A stretch of 64,000 nt of DNA from Candidatus Marinacidobacterales bacterium (GTDB lineage Bacteria; Acidobacteriota; Vicinamibacteria; Marinacidobacterales; DATDRI01), in contig CBDCNP010000002.1 of the NCBI GenBank assembly GCA_965219415.1, positions 1,056,001 through 1,120,000 on the forward strand, written 5' to 3'. The notes under the pieces were generated by a model, which ran no database searches, was not told the origin of the DNA, and was given only the letters and a program-made list of their open reading frames with translations. Position numbers and translations under genes: made by a program. Shown here one piece after another: positions 58,048 through 64,000 of the stretch (its first letter is position 1; each line of letters starts with the position of its first letter).

Positions 58048-59685
58048 ATGATGAGGGACATCGGAATGGAGGATTTGGGTCGGGATTCGCGGGATTGGGT
58101 CGGCTCCTTGTCCTCGGTGCCCCTCGCGGAAGTCATCAAGCGGATCGCGCTAGAAGAGCAGACCGGAGACCTGCAAGTCATCTTCGGACAAGCCGCCAAG
58201 ACGATCTATTTCGACCGAGGGTTCGTCGTCTTCGCCGCCAGCAGCCTCGAAGTGGATCGCCTGGGCTATCGATTGATCCACTCGGGCCATATCTCGCGGG
58301 ATGACTTCACCCATGCCGCCGAAATGGCAAGGCGTGATCAACAGAGACTGGGACAGGCTTTGGTGCAGGCCGGTGTCATGTCGGAGGAGGACATCGGTCA
58401 TCAGGTTGCCATGCAGATCGATGGGATCGTAGTTTCTCTCTTCGAAGTCGAACAAGGCATTTACAGCTTCGACCAGAGAGCCTGCAATATCCCGATCGAG
58501 CTAATGGTGAGTCTATCTATTCACCGCATTTTACTGGACGGCATCCGCACGATGCCCAACCCCGATGGCATTCTGGAGTGTCTGCCTCCTCTCGACACCT
58601 CGGTCCGGGTCGCGGTGTGGCCCCCGTTTACGTGTGACGTCGACCAGCTGCCCCCCGTTGAGCAGAACGTCCTGCAATCAGTGGAAGAGGGTGCTGTTTT
58701 AGAAGAAGTCCTTCGGAAGTTACCCGGAGACTACGGAGCTGTCCTGAAGGCATGCTACGGTCTTTATTCCTCCGGAATCCTCGAACCTGGCGACGGCAAA
58801 GCAGACGAGTGCCCGCTCAAAGTTCAGGAGGAGACCAAGACATTTCGTCTCTCCGAGCTCGAAAGGTGCCTAGGAAAGACGCAGGCAACGAGCATCCAAC
58901 AGGAGATCCGCGTGATGCACGAAAGCCTGGAACAGACTCCAGACGACCAACTGCTCCAAATCAATTCTCGCACGACCGACGAAGAGGTCGAGGAAGCTTA
59001 CCGAGAACGGTGCAGTGAATGGTCATGGGTACGAAGCCTGGCTCAAAACGAACCTTCACTAGCCGGGAAGATAAACGAGATAGAAACTCGTTTGGAAGCC
59101 GCCTACCAGCGCGTGTTGACGCAAAGAAAGCGCCAAACGGAAACTTCGTCTGAGCCTGATCGATCCGCGGCCCCGCCTGAAAGGACGGAGAGTCCCGGTC
59201 GCGCTGACCCGAACCGTGAGAGCACCACTGCGGCCTCTCACCGTGCCCTCGGGGAAGCGATCCGAGGCGAGATCCGGAGCCGCGTGGAGCAGATCCTCTC
59301 GGACGTCGAGCGGCACTCTAAAGCGCAGGATTGGCAGGGCGCCATCGCGTTGCTTTTCGAGCTCGTCCAGCTCGCTCCGCAAAACGCTTCGTATCGTGCA
59401 AAGCTTGCCCACACGATGTCCAAGCATCCCCTCCAGCGTAGACGGGCGGAGCGGCACTTCATCGAGGCACTACGACTGGCGCCGCAGGACGCGGAGCTTC
59501 ACGTCTCGCTCGGGCTCTACTACAAGTCGTTTGGACTGAAGACCCGCGCCGAGACCGAGTTCCGTACCGCACTCCTGATCGATCCGAAACACACGAAGGC
59601 CCTCAAACAGGTGGCTGCCGAACGAAATTCGAAGGCCTCGTGGGGCGAGCTACTCAACCGGATGCTGTCCTCGGCCGCCGGCTGA
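58048..59685 (+). CDS. DUF4388-domain protein with degenerate J-like domain and C-terminal TPRs
   Basis: GSLSSVPLAEVI...TGDL...IYFDRG.VVFA.S...RLG, followed by a helical J-like segment and TPRs. Confidence 0.75.
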   Translation: MMRDIGMEDLGRDSRDWVGSLSSVPLAEVIKRIALEEQTGDLQVIFGQAAKTIYFDRGFVVFAASSLEVDRLGYRLIHSGHISRDDFTHAAEMARRDQQRLGQALVQAGVMSEEDIGHQVAMQIDGIVVSLFEVEQGIYSFDQRACNIPIELMVSLSIHRILLDGIRTMPNPDGILECLPPLDTSVRVAVWPPFTCDVDQLPPVEQNVLQSVEEGAVLEEVLRKLPGDYGAVLKACYGLYSSGILEPGDGKADECPLKVQEETKTFRLSELERCLGKTQATSIQQEIRVMHESLEQTPDDQLLQINSRTTDEEVEEAYRERCSEWSWVRSLAQNEPSLAGKINEIETRLEAAYQRVLTQRKRQTETSSEPDRSAAPPERTESPGRADPNRESTTAASHRALGEAIRGEIRSRVEQILSDVERHSKAQDWQGAIALLFELVQLAPQNASYRAKLAHTMSKHPLQRRRAERHFIEALRLAPQDAELHVSLGLYYKSFGLKTRAETEFRTALLIDPKHTKALKQVAAERNSKASWGELLNRMLSSAAG

Positions 59686-59896
59686 GCGCGGCGTGTCTCG
59701 GGTTCGATCGTCGATGGAGACGAGACGTGCAAAAAAATCAAAATAACTCTTGACGAAAGCCGGCAAGGCCGGAGGAGTTGTGCCTATCAACGTCCTCTTC
59801 ATTCCCGTTTCTCGACTTGACCAATCCGCAAGTGACTGCTAGCTTTCGTCGCCAGGCAACATAGTCCAGAGAAACGCTTAACACAAGTCACTACAC

Positions 59897-60015
59897 GTGT
59901 TTGAGTCGACCGAAGGCGAGCTCGGGAGGTATGACACTCACAAGCTCGTAAACGTGGAGACGGGCGAGTACGCCGTCATACTCTCCGGTGCGGGAACCAC
60001 GCTCAACGAGCTAAC
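59897..60015 (+). pseudogene. Possible aldose 1-epimerase-like N-terminal remnant
   Basis: MFESTEGELGRYDTHKLVNVETGEYAVILSGAGTTLNEL resembles mutarotase-family N-termini. Sits directly before the sugar symporter; similarity is lost after ~40 aa. Confidence 0.35.
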
Positions 60016-60086
60016 GACCCGGAGCGCGGGAGAAACAATCCGTAAGGGCAAAGGTCACTTTGTTGGGGAATCGAGGTCTCGCACAC

Positions 60087-61700
60087 ATGAGTACGCTTGT
60101 CACTCTCGATTGGATCGTCATCGCTCTCTATTTCCTGGCTGTTTTCGGAATCGCCTGGTGGGTCATCCGGCAGAAACAGAGCTCCACCGAAGACTACTTC
60201 TTAGCCGGCAAGAACGTAGGCTGGTTTGTGGTCGGCGCGTCTTTGTTCGCGTCAAACATCGGGTCGGAGCATCTCGTCGGGCTGGCTGGCACCGGGGCGG
60301 AAAACGGCGTCGTTTTCGGGCACCTAGAATTTCAAGCCTCGCTGGTCCTGCTGCTCTTGGGATGGCTCTTCGTCCCCTTCTACACCCGAAGTCGTGTCTT
60401 TACCATGCCCGAGTTCTTGGAAAGGCGGTACTCCCCCGCGGCGCGATGGTACCTATCCGTCATCTCCGTCGTCGGCTACGTCTTGACCAAGATCAGCGTC
60501 ACGATCTATGCGGGTGGCGTGGTCTTCGAAACACTGATGGGAATCGATTTCTGGACTGGGGCCTTGGCGATCGTAGTCTTGACCGGCATCTACACTGCAC
60601 TGGGCGGCCTGCGTGCGGTGGTTTATACCGAGGTCCTCCAGAGCGCGGTCCTGCTTGCCGGCGCGGCCGCGGTCACCGCGGTTGGATTGGCGAGAGTCGG
60701 AGGATGGGGCGCCCTATACGATACCGTCGGGAGCGAGTACTTCAACGTGTGGAAACCGATCTCCCATCCCGATTTTCCCTGGACAGGCATGGTGTTCGGC
60801 GCTCCGATCATCGCCATCTGGTATTGGTGCACCGATCAGTACATCGTCCAGAGAACCCTCGCCGCCCGCAACGAGACCGAGGCACGACGAGGCACCATCT
60901 TCGCCGGTTTTCTCAAACAACTCCCCCTATTCATTTTCATCGTCCCAGGCATGATCGCCTATGCCCTGTCACTCAAAGGGGAGCTCGAGCTCGCGCAGGC
61001 GGACCGGGCACTACCCACGCTGGTCATGGTGCTTTTGCCGGTGGGCCTCCGGGGATTGGTGGCCGCCGGGCTGCTCGCAGCATTGATGAGCTCGCTGTCC
61101 GCAGTATTCAACTCGAGCTCCACGCTCATCACCATGGATTTCTACAAGAAGCTCCATCCGGGGGCGTCGGATAGACAGCTCATCCTTGTGGGGCGGCTCG
61201 CGACCGTCATTCTGGTCGGGCTAGGTTTACTTTGGATCCCTTTGATGCAGGGGATCTCGGAAACCCTTTACCTCTATCTGCAAAAGGTTCAATCCTACGT
61301 CTCGCCGCCGATCGCTGCCGTGTTCTTGCTCGGGGTCTTCTTCAAGAGGATCACGTCGACTGCCGCCATCTCGGCACTGGTGGGTGGTTTCGCGATTGGA
61401 ATGCTCAGGCTGATTGCAGAGATCAACAAGGCATCGCTTGACGGTGTCCTGCTAACGTTCGCCAGCATCAATTTCCTTCACTTCGCCGTCTTTCTATTCT
61501 TGTTCTGCGTCGTGGGCATGATCGTGGTGAGCTCGTTCACGAAGGCACCCACTGAGGAACAACTAGCGGGACTGACGTTCGAAACAACCAGCAGCGGTGA
61601 GAAGGAAAAATCCCGCGCTACGTGGTCGAAGATGGACGTAGCCCTATCCGTGGTTTTGGTAGCGGTCGTCGTTGTTATTGTGCTGTATTTTCGTGGCTAG
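60087..61700 (+). CDS. Sodium:solute symporter (SGLT-like sugar transporter)
   Basis: YFLAG, ASNIGSEHLVGLAG, TMPEFLERRY, WYWCTDQYIVQR, AALMSSL. Confidence 0.93.
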   Translation: MSTLVTLDWIVIALYFLAVFGIAWWVIRQKQSSTEDYFLAGKNVGWFVVGASLFASNIGSEHLVGLAGTGAENGVVFGHLEFQASLVLLLLGWLFVPFYTRSRVFTMPEFLERRYSPAARWYLSVISVVGYVLTKISVTIYAGGVVFETLMGIDFWTGALAIVVLTGIYTALGGLRAVVYTEVLQSAVLLAGAAAVTAVGLARVGGWGALYDTVGSEYFNVWKPISHPDFPWTGMVFGAPIIAIWYWCTDQYIVQRTLAARNETEARRGTIFAGFLKQLPLFIFIVPGMIAYALSLKGELELAQADRALPTLVMVLLPVGLRGLVAAGLLAALMSSLSAVFNSSSTLITMDFYKKLHPGASDRQLILVGRLATVILVGLGLLWIPLMQGISETLYLYLQKVQSYVSPPIAAVFLLGVFFKRITSTAAISALVGGFAIGMLRLIAEINKASLDGVLLTFASINFLHFAVFLFLFCVVGMIVVSSFTKAPTEEQLAGLTFETTSSGEKEKSRATWSKMDVALSVVLVAVVVVIVLYFRG

Positions 61701-61722
61701 GTGCCGCTAGACCTGGGTAGGT

Positions 61723-63051
61723 CTACTTAATCCCGTTCAGATAGTCATTGACGACATTTTCCAGAGCTTCCTGTCTCCCACTCACGCGCGGTGGTTCCCC
61801 TTCGGACCGCGCCCATTCTTCCAGATCCGGCAAAGACGTCGACCGTTTCAGGATCTTCTGTCCCATCGCCGTATCGCGGTAGCCCGCGTAACGTTCCTTG
61901 AGTGGCTTGCTGAGCGCGCCGTCCCGAATGATCTTCTCGGCAACCAAGAGTCCGCGGGCGAACGTATCCATCCCGCCGATGTGTGCATGGAAGAGATCCT
62001 CGGTATCGAAGGAGCCTCGCCGCACCTTCGCGTCGAAGTTGAGACCGCCGTCGGTGAGACCACCTTGTTGCAGGATGATCATCATCGCTAGCGTGGCACT
62101 ATGCAGATCGGTCGGAAATTGATCGGTGTCCCAACCCAAGGTCGGATCCCCCCGATTGATGTCCAGACTGCCGAGGTTTCCCGCTATGGAGGCGACCAGA
62201 AGGTCGTGCTCCCAAGTGTGGCCGGCCAACGTCGCATGGTTACACTCGATGTTGAGCTTGAACCGATCGATGAGATCGAACTCTCTCAAGAAGCCCAACG
62301 TCGTCGCGGCGTCGTAGTCGTATTGGTGGCTGGCGGGCTCTTGGGGCTTCGGCTCGATCAGGAAGGTACCTTTGAACCCCGCGGACTTCCCGTAATCGGC
62401 GGTCATGTGCAAAAACGACGCGAGTTGTTCGCGCTCTTGTTTCAGATCGGTATTGAGGAGCGTCGAATATCCTTCCCTTCCACCCCAGAGCACATAGGCG
62501 CTACCGCCTAGCTCCACGGTGGCGTCGATGGCGCGCCGCACCTGCGTGGCGGCGTGGGCCAGCACCACGGGGTCGGGATTGGTTGCCGCCCCGTGCGTGT
62601 AGCGAGGGTGGCTAAAGAGGTTGGCAGTCCCCCAAAGGAGCTTGACGCCGGTCTCGCGCTGCAGCTCGCCTGCCTTCTTGACCAGACGGTCCAGATTCGA
62701 CTGTGTTTCGGAGAAGCTCGCTCCTTCCGGTGCGATATCCCGATCGTGAAAACAGTAGAATCGCACGCCGAGCTTGCGAAAGAACTCGAAGGCGGCATCC
62801 ATCGTGGACTCCGCCCCTTCCATTGGGTTCGACTCCGTCCCCCAAGGCCGTTCGAAGCTCGCTCCACCAAAAGGATCGGACCCGGTCCCTCTGAAGGTGT
62901 GCCAAAAGCAGACCGCGTACCTGAGATGATCGGACATGCGTTGGCCGGCGACCTCACGGTCCGCGTCGTAGTAGCGAAAAGCAAGCGGATTCTTGGAGTC
63001 CGGGCCTTCGAACGGGACGGGTTTCTCAAGCTCTGAAAAGTAGGTTTTCAT
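61723..63051 (-). CDS. xylA: Xylose isomerase (class II)
   Basis: CFWHTF, FHDRD, WGGREGY, IEPKPQEP, NIECNHA, GWDTDQF, GGLNFDAK. Confidence 0.97.
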   Translation of the reverse strand: MKTYFSELEKPVPFEGPDSKNPLAFRYYDADREVAGQRMSDHLRYAVCFWHTFRGTGSDPFGGASFERPWGTESNPMEGAESTMDAAFEFFRKLGVRFYCFHDRDIAPEGASFSETQSNLDRLVKKAGELQRETGVKLLWGTANLFSHPRYTHGAATNPDPVVLAHAATQVRRAIDATVELGGSAYVLWGGREGYSTLLNTDLKQEREQLASFLHMTADYGKSAGFKGTFLIEPKPQEPASHQYDYDAATTLGFLREFDLIDRFKLNIECNHATLAGHTWEHDLLVASIAGNLGSLDINRGDPTLGWDTDQFPTDLHSATLAMMIILQQGGLTDGGLNFDAKVRRGSFDTEDLFHAHIGGMDTFARGLLVAEKIIRDGALSKPLKERYAGYRDTAMGQKILKRSTSLPDLEEWARSEGEPPRVSGRQEALENVVNDYLNGIK

Positions 63052-63160
63052 GATGATTCTGACCTCCTCTCGGTCAGCAGTGAATAGATCCTATAATGAC
63101 ATACTAGAAGATTCAGTACGGCCAGCGAGGAAGGATTGGCCGAAGAAAGTCGGAGAGTAA

Positions 63161-63340
63161 GTCGTGATTGGCATGCTAAAGAAGCTCCTCGCCTCGCTGG
63201 GCCAGAAGAAGCGGCATCACGACCTCGACTCGTTCTTCGGGAGCTGGACCGCGGAAGAAGCTGCGGAGATCGACAAAGCCATTGCCGAGCAGCGTCGCCC
63301 GAATCCGAAGCCCTGGCACATTGAAAGTCCTTCTCGCTAG
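63161..63340 (+). pseudogene. Antitoxin (FitA/VapB-like) remnant
   Basis: Hand translation: VVIGMLKKLLASLGQKKRHHDLDSFFGSWTAEEAAEIDKAIAEQRRPNPKPW; an in-frame TAA directly precedes it. Confidence 0.5.
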
Positions 63341-63518
63341 CTCCGGTTACTTTACTCGCTGTTACGATCCCTGACCTCTCGCGCAGTCGGCCGCTCGCAG
63401 ACAAGAGAGCCGAGAGACTTACCAAGAAGGACCTAGTCCGGACAAGCGAAGCCGGTGGCTCGCTTGCCCGGGCAAGATTTCCTCCTTGCTACGGTGGGGC
63501 CGGTATCCGTAGGCTGCC

Positions 63519-63998
63519 CTAGCTCGCCTTGCCCTTCACGACCGCGGTGGCGCTTTGCTCCGGCGACGTGGCGCGCACAAGAGCGAGCTCGAAGCTATCG
63601 AGAAGTGCCTGGGAGCTTGCTTCGATGATGTTCTCCGAGCAACCGACGGTGCTCCAACGATCGATGCCCCGACTCGCCTCGATGAGAACTCTGGTCGTCG
63701 CCTGCGTCGCTTTTTCGGAATCGAGAATTCTTACCTTGTAATCGACCAATCTCATCTCCTCCAACTCCGGATAGCGGGGCACGAGCGCCTTGCGGATTGC
63801 CCTGTCGAGTGCGTGAACCGGACCGACTGCCTCGGCCGACGTCAGCATCACTTCGTCGTCCACGCGAAGCGCCACCGTGACCTCGCTCTGCATGATGGCG
63901 CCACTCTCCGCAGCGGCGAACACGACCACGTTGAGCAATTCGAACGGGCGCCGGTAGTCGTCCTGGGTGCGCCGGATAAGCAGTTCGAGCGAACCCTC
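63519..63998 (-). CDS. cimA: Citramalate synthase (LeuA-type C-terminal regulatory domain), 5'-partial
   Basis: GSLELLI...PF, GPVHALDRAIRKAL...YP.L..MRLVDYKVRIL, TRVLIE, WSTVG.SENIIEAS. Confidence 0.85.
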   Translation of the reverse strand, partial: EGSLELLIRRTQDDYRRPFELLNVVVFAAAESGAIMQSEVTVALRVDDEVMLTSAEAVGPVHALDRAIRKALVPRYPELEEMRLVDYKVRILDSEKATQATTRVLIEASRGIDRWSTVGCSENIIEASSQALLDSFELALVRATSPEQSATAVVKGKAS

Positions 63999-64000
63999 CG

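Noticed and set aside
60016-61174. 425-aa ORF 59897-61174 as a real gene
   Set aside because: Beyond ~40 aa it is an alternative frame of the SSS transporter.
1-64000. CRISPR array, integron attC cassettes, rRNA or tRNA genes
   Set aside because: No regularly spaced repeats, integrase, attC-like sites or RNA-gene signatures were recognised by eye.

Overview
GC-rich bacterial window, probably Acidobacteriota-like. This is inferred from gene content: an Oar-type TonB-dependent receptor, a Hanks kinase with TolB-like propeller, CRTAC1/ASPIC-UnbV lipoproteins and a DUF4388-TPR protein. It has four blocks. (1) 0.5-9.8 kb: a peptide/nickel-type ABC operon with a one-cysteine racemase-fold protein, a NicX/M29-fold enzyme and a duplicated-domain small protein, interrupted by an intact IS256 with an 8-bp target duplication. 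(2) 10-30 kb: a patchwork of secreted amide/peptide hydrolases (serine hydrolase, CocE/NonD, S9, D-aminoacylase, DUF885, several M24-like paralogs), an IS91/ISCR remnant with oriIS-like motifs, a headless IorB-like subunit, a headless kinase and a ThuA fusion. (3) 30-55 kb: a reiterated module of sulfatase-like-TPR, CRTAC1 and TPR-lipoprotein genes with collapsed duplicate relics, then M24 + DUF885, a TonB receptor and GntR with matching palindromic operators. (4) 55-64 kb: xylB, GAF-GGDEF, DUF4388, sugar SSS, xylA, a toxin-antitoxin relic and the 3' end of cimA. Most single-base frameshifts fall in homopolymers and may be sequencing errors. The many large N/C-terminal fusions are a separate phenomenon (real decay or misassembly). 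No rRNA, tRNA or CRISPR array was seen. All family calls come from motif recognition by eye, not database searches.
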